A DNA stretch of 32,000 bases, taken from positions 540,001 to 572,000 of the forward strand of contig NC_000918.1 in the NCBI RefSeq assembly GCF_000008625.1, read 5' to 3'. Both the position numbers and the translations under genes were made by a program. The first letter of the stretch is position 1. Every line of letters begins with the position of its first letter. Below are positions 18,785 to 31,020 of this stretch, in pieces. The notes below the pieces were generated by a model. The model was not told the origin of the DNA. It made no database searches and saw only the letters and a program-made list of their open reading frames with translations. The DNA comes from Aquifex aeolicus VF5 (GTDB lineage: Bacteria; Aquificota; Aquificia; Aquificales; Aquificaceae).

Positions 18785-19891
18785 ATGGAAGAGATACTTA
18801 TATGGATAAAGAAATTAGAAAAGTACCTCTATGCGCTTAATGCGAAAGTGGCCGGAATACCTCTTTACAAAATAATTATTGCATCTGCAATTATGCTTTT
18901 TACCCTAATTTTAAGGAGACTTATAGCTTTTTTAATAGTTAAAATCTTAACGAAATTAACTATAAGGACAAAAACTGATGTTGACGAATTAATAGTAAAG
19001 GCATTCGTAAAGCCTTTTAGCTACTTTATCGTTGTTTTTGGTTTTTATTTATCCCTTTTAGTGCTTGAAGTTCCGAAGGTTTACGCAGATAAATTTCTTA
19101 AAACTTTTTCACTGCTTATACTCGGATGGGCAATTATAAGATTCTTGAATCTATTTCACAATAAAATTGTGGAATTTTTCGTAAAAGTTGGGGGAAAAGA
19201 CTTTGCTGAAGAGGTAGGAGATTTTATTTTAAAGATTTTAAAGGCCTTTGTCGTTGTTATCGTAGGTGCTTCCCTTCTTCAGGAATGGGGAGTAAATATA
19301 GGAGCTATCCTCGCTTCCGTAGGACTTTTGGGTCTTGCCGTTTCACTAGCGGCTAAAGATACCTTTGAAAATATACTGAGCGGATTAATAATACTCTTAG
19401 ATAAACCTGTGAAAGTGGGTGAAACGGTAAAAGTTAAGGATTTCATGGGAAGTGTTGAGGACATAGGTCTGCGTTCAACGAAGATAAGAACCTTTGACAA
19501 GTCTTTAGTTACTATTCCCAACAGAGATATAGTTAACAACCACGTTGAGAACTTCACGAGGAGAAACAAAAGGAGGGTAAGGTTTTACATAGGAGTGGTT
19601 TATTCTACAAAGAGGGAGCAACTTGAAAACATATTAAAGGAGATAAGGGAACTTTTGAAGGAGCACCCCGGAGTAGCGAAGGACGAAAAGTTTTACGTTT
19701 ACTTTGAAAATTACGGAGATAGTTCCCTAAATATACTAATTCAATACTACGCAAATACGAACGATTACGAAGAGTACTTGAAAATAATAGAAGACATAAA
19801 CCTTAAAATAATGGAAATAGTTGAGAAAAACGGAAGTTCTTTTGCTTTCCCAAGCAGATCTGTATACATAGAAAAGATGCCGAAATCTTAA
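18785..19891 (+). CDS. Mechanosensitive ion channel, MscS family
   Basis: SLLQEWGVNIGAILASVGLLGLAVSLAAKDTFENILSGLIILLDKPVKVGETVKVKDFMGSVEDIGLRSTKIRTFDKSLVTIPNRDI. Confidence 0.93.
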   Translation: MEEILIWIKKLEKYLYALNAKVAGIPLYKIIIASAIMLFTLILRRLIAFLIVKILTKLTIRTKTDVDELIVKAFVKPFSYFIVVFGFYLSLLVLEVPKVYADKFLKTFSLLILGWAIIRFLNLFHNKIVEFFVKVGGKDFAEEVGDFILKILKAFVVVIVGASLLQEWGVNIGAILASVGLLGLAVSLAAKDTFENILSGLIILLDKPVKVGETVKVKDFMGSVEDIGLRSTKIRTFDKSLVTIPNRDIVNNHVENFTRRNKRRVRFYIGVVYSTKREQLENILKEIRELLKEHPGVAKDEKFYVYFENYGDSSLNILIQYYANTNDYEEYLKIIEDINLKIMEIVEKNGSSFAFPSRSVYIEKMPKS

Positions 19892-20256
19892 CTTTTCTTT
19901 TTTATATACGCCACCGCTACAGAATAATCCCTCTCGTGAGACAAGGAAACTATCACTTCGTAATTTTTCAGGATTTCTTCTACTCCTTCTCTGTTTATTA
20001 CAACCGTTGGCGGTCTTCCTCTATTCCCGAGTATTTCTATCTCCTTAAACCTCAAAAAAATTTTAAATTCGGTGTAAAAGGCTTTTAAAACAGCTTCCTT
20101 CCCCGCCCACCTCGCGGCGAGGCAGGGAAGGAAATCGCAGTGTGCGTAGCAGTATTCAAGTTCCCTCTTCGTGTATATCCTGTCTAGGAATTTATCCCCG
20201 AAGCGTTCAAGGGCATCCTTAATCCGTTCATTCTTCACTATATCCACGCCTATCAT
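19888..20256 (-). CDS. acpS: Holo-[acyl-carrier-protein] synthase
   Basis: MIGVDIVKNERIKDALERFGDKFLDRIYTKRELEYC...LAARWAGKEAVLKAF...VSLSHERDYSVAVAYI. Confidence 0.95.
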   Translation of the reverse strand: MIGVDIVKNERIKDALERFGDKFLDRIYTKRELEYCYAHCDFLPCLAARWAGKEAVLKAFYTEFKIFLRFKEIEILGNRGRPPTVVINREGVEEILKNYEVIVSLSHERDYSVAVAYIKKKS

Positions 20257-21119
20257 TTAGCGTTTTGCTGTTGCTGGGGAGACTTGTAGGGGACGGGTAT
20301 GTACTGAACGGACGGCGGTTGGGAACCCATCGGCTGTTCGTAGAGTTCCATGAGTTCGTAAACCTCTTGGGGAACGTTTGTGTTTACAGGCAGTCCGAGA
20401 CTCTTCAAGTATTCTACGGTTAAGGGATAGTCGTGTGTGAACTTTCCGGTTGCGAGCTCTTCCGCTATTTTCTTAGCCTTTTCCTTATCCATTCCGTTTT
20501 TTGTAAGGAGATCTACGAGGCAATCCACCATTTGTTTTATAGCCTTTTCGGAGACGTCCGCCATAATAAGGGTCTGGTCGTCGATGTCCTTGGGGTCCTT
20601 TTTCTCTAAAACCTTTAGAATAGAGGCTGCTGGCATGTTTCCTATTTGAGGGTCAACGGGTCCGAGAACCGCGTTTTCGTCCATTATTATCTCATCTGCC
20701 GCAAGTGCTATCAGAGTTCCACCGGACATGGCATAGTGGGGAACTATGACTCTTACGGGAGCTTTGTGCTTAACTAAAGCGTTTGCTATTTGGGTTGCTG
20801 CGAGCGCAAGACCTCCGGGTGTGTGTATTATAAGGTCTATGGGCATATCGTCGGGAGTCATCCTGATAGCCCTTAAAACCCTCTCACTGTCCTCAATAGT
20901 CATGAACCTGAATATGGGAATTCCCAGAAAACCAATTTGTTCCTGTCTGTGAATCATAGTTATAACCCTGCTCTTCCTCTTTTCCTCCAGTTTCCTTATT
21001 ACGTCCTCCCTCGCCTTGATAAGAGCCATACGCTTGTACCAAGGGGAGAGGAGGATAAAGACAAAAAGTAAAAACCAAAGTAAGCTGAAAAGGTACGAAA
21101 ACGGGTCGTAGTAGGGCAT
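20253..21119 (-). CDS. Membrane-anchored ClpP-class serine protease (SDH/SppA-like, PF01972-type)
   Basis: N-terminal TM LFSLLWFLLFVFILLSPWYK; DLIIHTPGGLALAATQIANALVKH; VIVPHYAMSGGTLIALAADEIIMDENAVLGPVDPQIG. Confidence 0.88.
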   Translation of the reverse strand: MPYYDPFSYLFSLLWFLLFVFILLSPWYKRMALIKAREDVIRKLEEKRKSRVITMIHRQEQIGFLGIPIFRFMTIEDSERVLRAIRMTPDDMPIDLIIHTPGGLALAATQIANALVKHKAPVRVIVPHYAMSGGTLIALAADEIIMDENAVLGPVDPQIGNMPAASILKVLEKKDPKDIDDQTLIMADVSEKAIKQMVDCLVDLLTKNGMDKEKAKKIAEELATGKFTHDYPLTVEYLKSLGLPVNTNVPQEVYELMELYEQPMGSQPPSVQYIPVPYKSPQQQQNAK

Positions 21120-22285
21120 TATTCTCCTCCTCTTAAAACATTTCCAATAATAAATTCTACGATAAATCTGGCATTTTCCAACTTAGAACCTTTCGGAAGT
21201 TCAACTATCTGGTCCTTTGTTATCAAATACCCTTCGTGTTCCTTCTTTCCCATAACTTTTACAGGATTTGCAACGATTAAATCAAGATTCTTCCTCTCAA
21301 GTTTTTCCCTTGCGTACTCAAGAAGGTTGTCACTCTCCAGTGCAAATCCCACCAGAATTTTATATCCCTTCTTCCTTCCGAGTTCTTCCAGAATGTCTGG
21401 ATTCTTCACGAGTTCTAAAAGGATTTTATCCCTTTTCTTTATCTTTTCTTTACTAACCTTTGAAGGCTTGAAGTCTGCAACAGCTGCGTTCATGACCACT
21501 ATATCCGCCCAGTCGTAGTGCTCTAGAACCTTTTCTCTCATCTCCTCTGTGGTTTGAACTCTTATTATCTCCACTTCAGGAGGTTCTTTTGCCGTAGTAG
21601 TTCCCGCAATTACTTTCACTTCTGCTCCCTTCCACCTGAAGATACGGGCAAGTGAAAAGCCCATCTCACCGCTTGAGTAATTTGATATAAATCTTACGGG
21701 GTCTATAAACTCCTTTGTCGCACCGCAGGTAATTAAAACCTTCTTTCCCTTTAAGGGTTTTTCTTCGGATACGTAATAAATCCAGTCTATCAATCTGTCA
21801 ATGCTCGCCAGTTTCCCCTCCCCAACCTCTTTGCAGGCGAGAACTCCGAACTCCGGTTCTATTATTACGTGTCCCCACTCTTTTAATTTTTTCAGATTTT
21901 CCTGAGTGGAAGGAGATTTATACATAACGGTGTTCATAGCGGGGGCTACAAGCAGAGGCTTTCCGTAGGCGAGAATCGTGGTAGTGAGGAGGTTGTCTGA
22001 TATACCGTTTGCTATTTTTGCTATCGTGTTTGCCGTGGCCGGTGCTATTAAAAAAACGTCTGCCCACCTCGCTAAGTTTATATGGGCAAGGGGTTCTTCT
22101 TCCCAGTCCTTATCCGTATACGCTTTATTCCCGCTCAAGGTTTGAAAAGTTAGTGGAGACATGAACTTTTCTGCAAAGGGGGTAAGTATAGTTTTTACGC
22201 TGTGCCCTTTCCTTTTTAATTCCCTTACGAGTTCACAAACTTTGTAGGAGGCTATTCCTCCGCAAACTCCTATGAGGATATTCAT
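21119..22285 (-). CDS. coaBC: Bifunctional phosphopantothenoylcysteine decarboxylase / phosphopantothenate-cysteine ligase
   Basis: MNILIGVCGGIASYKVCELVRELKRKGHSV; PAMNTVMYKSPSTQENLKKL; KKVLITCGATKEFIDPVRFISNYSSGEMGFSLAR. Confidence 0.95.
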   Translation of the reverse strand: MNILIGVCGGIASYKVCELVRELKRKGHSVKTILTPFAEKFMSPLTFQTLSGNKAYTDKDWEEEPLAHINLARWADVFLIAPATANTIAKIANGISDNLLTTTILAYGKPLLVAPAMNTVMYKSPSTQENLKKLKEWGHVIIEPEFGVLACKEVGEGKLASIDRLIDWIYYVSEEKPLKGKKVLITCGATKEFIDPVRFISNYSSGEMGFSLARIFRWKGAEVKVIAGTTTAKEPPEVEIIRVQTTEEMREKVLEHYDWADIVVMNAAVADFKPSKVSKEKIKKRDKILLELVKNPDILEELGRKKGYKILVGFALESDNLLEYAREKLERKNLDLIVANPVKVMGKKEHEGYLITKDQIVELPKGSKLENARFIVEFIIGNVLRGGE

Positions 22286-22309
22286 TAAGTTAAATTTAAA
22301 ATAACAAGT

Positions 22310-23584
22310 ATGAAGAACGAAAAGTTATACAGAGAAGCCCTTCAGGTAATGCCCGGAGGCGTAAACAGTCCCGTCAGAGCCTTTAAAGCGGTAGGGGGAA
22401 AGCCCATTTTCCTTGTTAAGGGAAGAGGACCAAGAGTCTGGGACGCCGAAGGGAACGAGTACATAGATTTCCTCGCTTCCTGGGGGGCTATAATCCTCGG
22501 ACACGCTCCCAAGAAAGTGGTGAAAGCGGTTCAGGAGGAAGCTGAAAAGGGACTTTCTTTCGGTTTGACAAACCCTCACGAAGTAACACTGGCAAAGCTC
22601 GTGGTTGAGATGGTTCCTAGTGTTGAAAAAGTAAGGTTCGTAAACTCTGGAACTGAAGCCACGATGTCTGCGGTGAGACTCGCAAGGGGAGTCACAGGAA
22701 GAAAGTACATAGTGAAGTTTGAAGGTTGCTACCACGGTCACTATGATAGCCTCCTCGTGAGTGCGGGTTCGGGCGTGGCTACTTTCGGGATCCCTGGAAC
22801 TCCCGGCATTCCTGAAGAAATAGCGAAGCTCACCATAGTCTTGCCTTACAACGATGTTCAAGCTCTGGAGGAAGCCTTTAAAGAGTACGGCAGTGAAATA
22901 GCGGGAGTTATAGTGGAGCCCATAGCGGGAAATATGGGCGTAGTTCCCCCAAAGAAGGAATTCCTTATAAGACTCAGGGAACTCACGAAAGAGTACGGAA
23001 GCCTCCTTATGTTTGACGAAGTAATTACGGGTTTTAGACTTTCAAAGGGCGGAGCTCAGGAACTCTTTGGTATAGAGCCCGACATAACATGCCTCGGGAA
23101 AATACTCGGAGGAGGACTGCCCGTAGGTGCTTACGGAGGAAGAAGGGAAATTATGGAAAGGGTAGCTCCCGAGGGTGAAGTGTATCAGGCCGGAACGCTT
23201 GCGGGAAATCCCCTTGCTATGGTTTCGGGTTCTGAAACCTTAAAAGATTTAAGGGACAAAGAACCTTACAAGGAACTGGAAGAGAAGATGGAGAAACTTG
23301 CCAGAGGCGTTAAGGATATCCTCACCGAAAAGGGAATACAGCACACGATAAACAAGGTAGGTTCTATGATGACGGTGTTCTTCACGGATAAGAAAGTTGT
23401 GGACTTCCAAACCGCTAAGACTTCGGACACAGAGCTGTTCGCAAAGTTCTTCAGAGCACTTTTAAACAAAGGTGTGTTAATTCCGCCCTCTCAATTCGAG
23501 GCGTGGTTCTTAACCACCGCACACGAGGAAGAAGTAATAGACGAAGCCCTTGAAAGAATCCGGGACGCGGTAAAGGAACTGTGA
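22310..23584 (+). CDS. hemL: Glutamate-1-semialdehyde 2,1-aminomutase
   Basis: MKNEKLYREALQVMPGGVNSPVRAFKAVGG; RFVNSGTEATMSAVRLARG; GSLLMFDEVITGFRLSKGG; DITCLGKILGGGLPVGAYGG. Confidence 0.97.
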   Translation: MKNEKLYREALQVMPGGVNSPVRAFKAVGGKPIFLVKGRGPRVWDAEGNEYIDFLASWGAIILGHAPKKVVKAVQEEAEKGLSFGLTNPHEVTLAKLVVEMVPSVEKVRFVNSGTEATMSAVRLARGVTGRKYIVKFEGCYHGHYDSLLVSAGSGVATFGIPGTPGIPEEIAKLTIVLPYNDVQALEEAFKEYGSEIAGVIVEPIAGNMGVVPPKKEFLIRLRELTKEYGSLLMFDEVITGFRLSKGGAQELFGIEPDITCLGKILGGGLPVGAYGGRREIMERVAPEGEVYQAGTLAGNPLAMVSGSETLKDLRDKEPYKELEEKMEKLARGVKDILTEKGIQHTINKVGSMMTVFFTDKKVVDFQTAKTSDTELFAKFFRALLNKGVLIPPSQFEAWFLTTAHEEEVIDEALERIRDAVKEL

Positions 23585-23587
23585 CGA

Positions 23588-24562
23588 ATGCTTAAAAACC
23601 TTATCAGGAGTGTAATAAAGGGTTCTGTGCTCCTCGTTTTTTTTCTCCTCCTCTCTTTCCTCTTCTTGGCCTACAGGAGCTTTTCCCCGGAAGCCCTTTA
23701 TCTCGTTGGAAACCTCAATAAGTTTTACCTACTTCTGGCTTTCTTTTGTTTATTCCTCGTCCACACCTTTGACAACGCCAGACTCTTTATAATTTCCAGA
23801 GCCCTCGGTATAAAGTACTCCTTCCTTTACGGTTACATTACTTCCTTTGTGAATACCTTCGGTGCTACCGTAACTCCGGCTCACATCGGCGGAGAGGGGA
23901 TGGCGGTTTACATGCTCCTCAGAAAAGGAATAAGTGCCCACAAGGTGGCTACTGCGGTTACCTTTAAAACGGTCACGGGTATGGTTTTCTTCATATTGTG
24001 CTTTCCCTTCCTCATTCTTCAAACCCTAAAAAGCCCCAAAAATTTTATAAATCTGTTCCTCATACTTTTAGTTCTTCTCCTGTTTACTCCCTTATTCTTT
24101 ACGGGAATAAAGAAATTCCTTAAGAAAAAGGATAGTGAAGGTCTCGGATCTAAATTGAGAAAGTTCTTGGTCAAGTACCTCGGTGCGGTTAAGTTCTTCT
24201 ACAAAAGGAAGAAAGCGGAGTTCCTGCTCGCGAGCTTGTCCTCAATAGGGCTTTACCTCTCGTTTCTCTTTATAGCCTTCTTCCTGCTCCTTTCCTTCGG
24301 AAAGGAAGTTTCGCCTTTGGAAATCCTTTCACTTCAGCTCGGACTTCTTTACGCGATATTTGTAAGCCCCACACCGGGAGGTAGCGGAGTAGGAGAGATT
24401 GGGGGGTACGTTATCTTTGCGGGACTGCTCGGTCAGAACGAAGTTGGTGTTTTCGTCCTTCTCTGGCGCTTAATAAGTCAGTACTTCAGCGCCTTCCTTG
24501 GAGGTATCCTATTTTTCATATGCTTACTGATAGACACAAAGAAGTACTTAAAGGTCTATTAG
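23588..24562 (+). CDS. Integral membrane protein, UPF0104/YbhN (lysylphosphatidylglycerol synthase TM region)-like
   Basis: Multiple TM segments; TPAHIGGEGMAVYMLLRKGISAHKVATAVTFKTVTGMVFFI; TPGGSGVGEIGGYVIFAGLL is typical of this family. Confidence 0.78.
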   Translation: MLKNLIRSVIKGSVLLVFFLLLSFLFLAYRSFSPEALYLVGNLNKFYLLLAFFCLFLVHTFDNARLFIISRALGIKYSFLYGYITSFVNTFGATVTPAHIGGEGMAVYMLLRKGISAHKVATAVTFKTVTGMVFFILCFPFLILQTLKSPKNFINLFLILLVLLLFTPLFFTGIKKFLKKKDSEGLGSKLRKFLVKYLGAVKFFYKRKKAEFLLASLSSIGLYLSFLFIAFFLLLSFGKEVSPLEILSLQLGLLYAIFVSPTPGGSGVGEIGGYVIFAGLLGQNEVGVFVLLWRLISQYFSAFLGGILFFICLLIDTKKYLKVY

Positions 24563-25839
24563 CGGGTATATTGTTTTACCTTTCCTTCTCAAAGTTAAAT
24601 CTTTACTTTCTCGTATTTCCCGCTTTATTTCTGGGAATAAGAAAGAACTTCTTAAGGCTCTTTTCCTTCGGTTTTAGTGCCTTTTTCCTTTCCCTACTCT
24701 GGATAAGGATACCTTTAATAGATTATGGAAATATTAATCCCTTCATAGCCTATCCCGCTTTAGTTCTGCTCGTTCTTTTCCTGAGCTTATACCAGTTCGG
24801 ACTTACGTACCTTTTGTGGAGGGTTTTTAAATTTAGTTTTTTTGCATTTCCATTTTTGTACACCTTAGTTGAAATCTTGCGCTCCCACCTGCCTTACGGA
24901 GGCTTCCCTTGGCTGCTTCTGGGTGTCAACCTCGTGGACATTCCCGTGCTCAGATACACACTAAACGCTGGAACCGTTTTCCTAGGGAGTTTTGTAGTAC
25001 TCCTGATTTCACTCTTTCCCTTATTCAATAAAAAAGAGAAGATCTTTTCTTTAGCAATTATCACTCCTCTTCTAATTTACGGTTTTATAAAGGAAACATC
25101 TTACAGAGTTACTCACTACGGATTAAAAATCGCGTTAATACAGCCTTTTGTGCCTCAAGATGTTAAACTCAACAGGGAATTATTTGAATTGAAATACGGC
25201 GAAATAATTGAACTTGTAAAAAAAGCGGTTGAAAAAAAGCCCGATTTAGTCGTGCTCCCAGAGTCTGCATTTCCTTTTTACCTCGGCGAACTGGAAGAAA
25301 AAGGAAAGGAAATTCTTGAACTCTCAAAAAAAGTTCCCATAATTACGGGTTTTATAGAAATAGATGAAGGCTTTAAACCTTACAATACGGTAGTTCTCTT
25401 AAAAGACGGCAGAGTAATAGAAAAGTACAGAAAGATCAAATTAGTTCCCTTCGGAGAGTACACACCCTTTCCCTTCAAGTTTTTTTCCAAATACGTGCCG
25501 TACCTGAGCTTTGAAGATTACAACAGGGGAAATAAGGTAAAGTGTTTCCAGTTAAATGGGTTCTCAATAGGAACACCTGTATGTTTTGAGGTTGCTTATC
25601 CTTTCTTCGTTAAGTCTTTCGGGTGTGAATTTATAGCAGTTTTGACAAACGATGCCTGGTTCAGGGATTCAGAGGGGACTTTTCAGCATATGAAACTCGC
25701 AAGAGTAAGAGCAATTGAAAATGAAAAATTCTTCCTGTGGGTAAACAACACAGGCCCATCGGGTATTATCTCTCCGAGAGGTGAGGTAATAAAGAGTATT
25801 GATTACGGAAGTAGAGGTATTTTACTTTTCTCCTTTTAA
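24520..25839 (+). CDS. lnt: Apolipoprotein N-acyltransferase
   Basis: Hydrophobic N-terminus with FLRLFSFGFSAFFLSLLWIRIPL; nitrilase domain PDLVVLPESAFPFY, KIKLVPFGEYTPFP, PVCFEVAYPFF, LTNDAWFRDSEGTFQHMKLARVRAIEN. Start may be slightly downstream because of the 43-nt overlap with the preceding gene. Confidence 0.92.
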   Translation: MLTDRHKEVLKGLLAGILFYLSFSKLNLYFLVFPALFLGIRKNFLRLFSFGFSAFFLSLLWIRIPLIDYGNINPFIAYPALVLLVLFLSLYQFGLTYLLWRVFKFSFFAFPFLYTLVEILRSHLPYGGFPWLLLGVNLVDIPVLRYTLNAGTVFLGSFVVLLISLFPLFNKKEKIFSLAIITPLLIYGFIKETSYRVTHYGLKIALIQPFVPQDVKLNRELFELKYGEIIELVKKAVEKKPDLVVLPESAFPFYLGELEEKGKEILELSKKVPIITGFIEIDEGFKPYNTVVLLKDGRVIEKYRKIKLVPFGEYTPFPFKFFSKYVPYLSFEDYNRGNKVKCFQLNGFSIGTPVCFEVAYPFFVKSFGCEFIAVLTNDAWFRDSEGTFQHMKLARVRAIENEKFFLWVNNTGPSGIISPRGEVIKSIDYGSRGILLFSF

Positions 25840-26418
25840 TATTTCTTTGACACGCTCGTATATGTAAAACCTCACCTTGACCTCATCTGGAGTATCTAGG
25901 AAGAGTTCGTAACCGCAAAGGATATCACCGTTTTCAAACTCTCTTACATTTACTAGCCTTGCACTCCCTTTAATCCACTCCTCAAGGTTTGGAAGATAAA
26001 TCTCCACTTCGGAAATTTCTTTGTTCTTCAGGATTTCGTCTATCTCTTCCATACCGCATTTTATGGAAAATCCGACCTCAGAAATGTCGTAAACTTCCTT
26101 GGTTATTTCGTTAAACCTTACCTTTACAGGATTTTCAGGATCGCTTAGAACTCTAACATTCCTTCTATCTCCCAAAGGTTTCTCTGGTGTGAGTGAGGGA
26201 AATTCTAAGAGTACTTCGTCTTCCTTCTTTGCCTTTATTTTCGTTGGAAGCATAAATGTACTGTGTTTTAGATAAACCTTATCACCTATATTTGCAAACT
26301 TCTTGAGAAGTGGTGTCATTTTTAACTTTATACTGTTGTCTTCTATCCCTATGGACTTTGTCTGAATGTAAACTAGGATTTCTTTTTCTACCAAAAAGAC
26401 TTCAGTCTTAAGTTGCAT
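25822..26418 (-). CDS. PilZ-domain-like protein (putative c-di-GMP binding / flagellar brake-type)
   Basis: Central RRNVRV...(~20 aa)...VYDISEVGFSIKC resembles the PilZ RxxxR ... D/NxSxxG signature. Confidence 0.6.
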   Translation of the reverse strand: MQLKTEVFLVEKEILVYIQTKSIGIEDNSIKLKMTPLLKKFANIGDKVYLKHSTFMLPTKIKAKKEDEVLLEFPSLTPEKPLGDRRNVRVLSDPENPVKVRFNEITKEVYDISEVGFSIKCGMEEIDEILKNKEISEVEIYLPNLEEWIKGSARLVNVREFENGDILCGYELFLDTPDEVKVRFYIYERVKEILKGEK

Positions 26419-27745
26419 TACTCATCCCCCTCAGAAAATCAACTACTTCTTCTAGTTTCATACCTCTCGACCCTTTAATCAATACCGCACACCCTTCAAA
26501 TTCTTTTAAATTTTCCTCTATAAATTGTAACATTTCTTCTTTAGTTTTAGCGTAAAATTTCTTACTTTTGTTGAAACTATCGTAGGCATATTTCATTTCA
26601 TCCCCGTAAAAGATAGCAAGACGAATACCTTTTACCGTATTTAGAAGCCTTCCTACCTCTTCGTGGAGTTCTTTACTGTGCTCTCCCAGTTCCAGCATGT
26701 CACCGAGTATAAAAACCTTGTCCCGCTTGAACGCTCCCACACTTTTTATCGCATTCCGGAGTGATACCGGATTAGCGTTGTAGGTATCGTCAATAAGGAT
26801 AAAGTTCTTTAAATTGAAAACTTTCATCCTGCCCTCTACAGGACTAAATTCTTTTAAAGCCTCCTTAAACTCTTTTAAAGTGAATCCCAGTACCTTCAAA
26901 ACACAAAAGCATGCCAGTATGTTTTCCACAAGTCCTAAACTCGGAACACTTATAAAAAACTTCTCCCCTTCTACCTCAAAGGATACGCCTTTCTCACTAA
27001 CCTCTACATTTTGGGCTTGCAGCTCTCCCCTTTCTCCGAAGGAAATCTTCTTTGGTAAAAAGAATAAGGTATCCAAAAATTTTCCCGGAATAACGGCATA
27101 AAAGTTATCCGAAATCCTGCAAAACATTTCAGCGTTTCCCCAAATTACTCCCTCTAAACTTCCAAAACCTTCAAGGTGTTCCTCTCCCAGAGTAGTTATA
27201 AGCCTAACGTGAGGCTTTGTTATCTCGATTAAATTTTTTATCTCACCCCTTTTACTTGCCCCGTGTTCCAGAACCCAAAAGTCCGTCTCTAAAGAGGCAT
27301 TTGCTACGGCAAGGGGAAGACCAACCTGAGAATTTAAGTTTCCCGGAGATTTGTAAACTTTTCCCTTTATAGAAAGTAAGTGCGATAACAATTCTTTAGT
27401 GGTAGTTTTTCCGGCGGAACCTGCAACTCCTATGACTTTTCCCTTAAAGTTTTCTCTTTTAAACTTTGCGATTTCCCTTAGACTTTCAAGCGTAGACCTG
27501 ACTTTAATTAAGAATTTTCCCGGAGGAACATCAACTTCTCTTTCGGAAATAACACCTACTGCCCCTTTTTTGAAAGCGTCGGGTATAAAGTTGTGGGCGT
27601 CAAATTTTTGTCCTTTTAATGGAATAAATACCTCACCTTGTTTTATTGTTCTAGAATCTATCGAAAAGGTTTTTACGGGAATATTTGGAGAACCTACCAA
27701 GGAACCTTTTAGTATCTTTGCAAGAGTTTGAGATGTGATTTGCAC
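26408..27745 (-). CDS. murF: UDP-N-acetylmuramoyl-tripeptide--D-alanyl-D-alanine ligase
   Basis: FSIDSRTIKQGEVFIPLKGQKFDAHNFIPDAFKKGAVGVI; VIGVAGSAGKTTTKELLSHLLS; LPLAVANASLETDFWVLEHGASKRGEI; LIDDTYNANPVSLRNAI. The start drawn is GTG. Confidence 0.94.
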   Translation of the reverse strand: MQITSQTLAKILKGSLVGSPNIPVKTFSIDSRTIKQGEVFIPLKGQKFDAHNFIPDAFKKGAVGVISEREVDVPPGKFLIKVRSTLESLREIAKFKRENFKGKVIGVAGSAGKTTTKELLSHLLSIKGKVYKSPGNLNSQVGLPLAVANASLETDFWVLEHGASKRGEIKNLIEITKPHVRLITTLGEEHLEGFGSLEGVIWGNAEMFCRISDNFYAVIPGKFLDTLFFLPKKISFGERGELQAQNVEVSEKGVSFEVEGEKFFISVPSLGLVENILACFCVLKVLGFTLKEFKEALKEFSPVEGRMKVFNLKNFILIDDTYNANPVSLRNAIKSVGAFKRDKVFILGDMLELGEHSKELHEEVGRLLNTVKGIRLAIFYGDEMKYAYDSFNKSKKFYAKTKEEMLQFIEENLKEFEGCAVLIKGSRGMKLEEVVDFLRGMSNAT

Positions 27746-27768
27746 AGGAATTAATTATAACAGGTAAA

Positions 27769-27890
27769 GCCCCTGGCAGCGACCTACTTTCCCGTGCCGC
27801 TGCCGGCACAGTATCATCGGCGCTGGGGGGCTTAACTGCCGGGTTCGGAATGGGACCGGGTGTTTCCCCCCCGCTATGGCCACCAGGGGC
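27769..27890 (-). rRNA. rrf: 5S ribosomal RNA
   Basis: Terminal helix GCCCCTGG.../...CCAGGGGC; minus strand reads ...GGGAAACACCCGGTCCCATTCCGAACCCGGCAGTTAAGCCCCCCAGCGCCGATGATACTG..., diagnostic of 5S. Confidence 0.96.
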
Positions 27891-27895
27891 AATCC

Positions 27896-27931
27896 GTCAA
27901 CAGAATAAAGCCTGTACCTCCTCCCACCGGC

Positions 27932-27939
<8 letters not shown>
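27896..27939. repeat. Left arm of a 44-bp near-perfect inverted repeat bracketing 23S rRNA (processing stem)
   Basis: GTCAACAGAATAAAGCCTGTACCTCCTCCCACCGGCGTGCAAGT is the reverse complement of 30877-30920 except for two differences (A/G and C/T, the former forming a wobble-type pair in RNA). Confidence 0.9.
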
Positions 27940-30876
<2,937 letters not shown>

Positions 30877-30885
<9 letters not shown>

Positions 30886-30920
30886 CCGGCGGGAGGAGGT
30901 ACAGGCTTTATTCTGTTGAC
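30877..30920. repeat. Right arm of the 44-bp inverted repeat bracketing 23S rRNA
   Basis: ACTTGCACACCGGCGGGAGGAGGTACAGGCTTTATTCTGTTGAC pairs with 27896-27939. Confidence 0.9.
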
Positions 30921-30931
30921 AAGGAGCCAAG

Positions 30932-31004
30932 TGGAGGTGGTGGGACTCGAACCCACGACCTCCTGCTTGCAAAGCAGGCGCTCTCCCAGCTGAGCTACAC
31001 CCCC
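30932..31004 (-). tRNA. tRNA-Ala(UGC), CCA not encoded
   Basis: Minus strand GGGGGTGTAGCTCAGCTGGGAGAGCGCCTGCTTTGCAAGCAGGAGGTCGTGGGTTCGAGTCCCACCACCTCCA; anticodon loop TTTGCAA; next bases are CTT rather than CCA. Confidence 0.96.
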
Positions 31005-31020
31005 GAAGGTGCCCCTAATA

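Noticed and set aside
22325-22861. 178-aa minus-strand ORF opposite hemL
   Set aside because: Antisense to conserved hemL; no support of its own.
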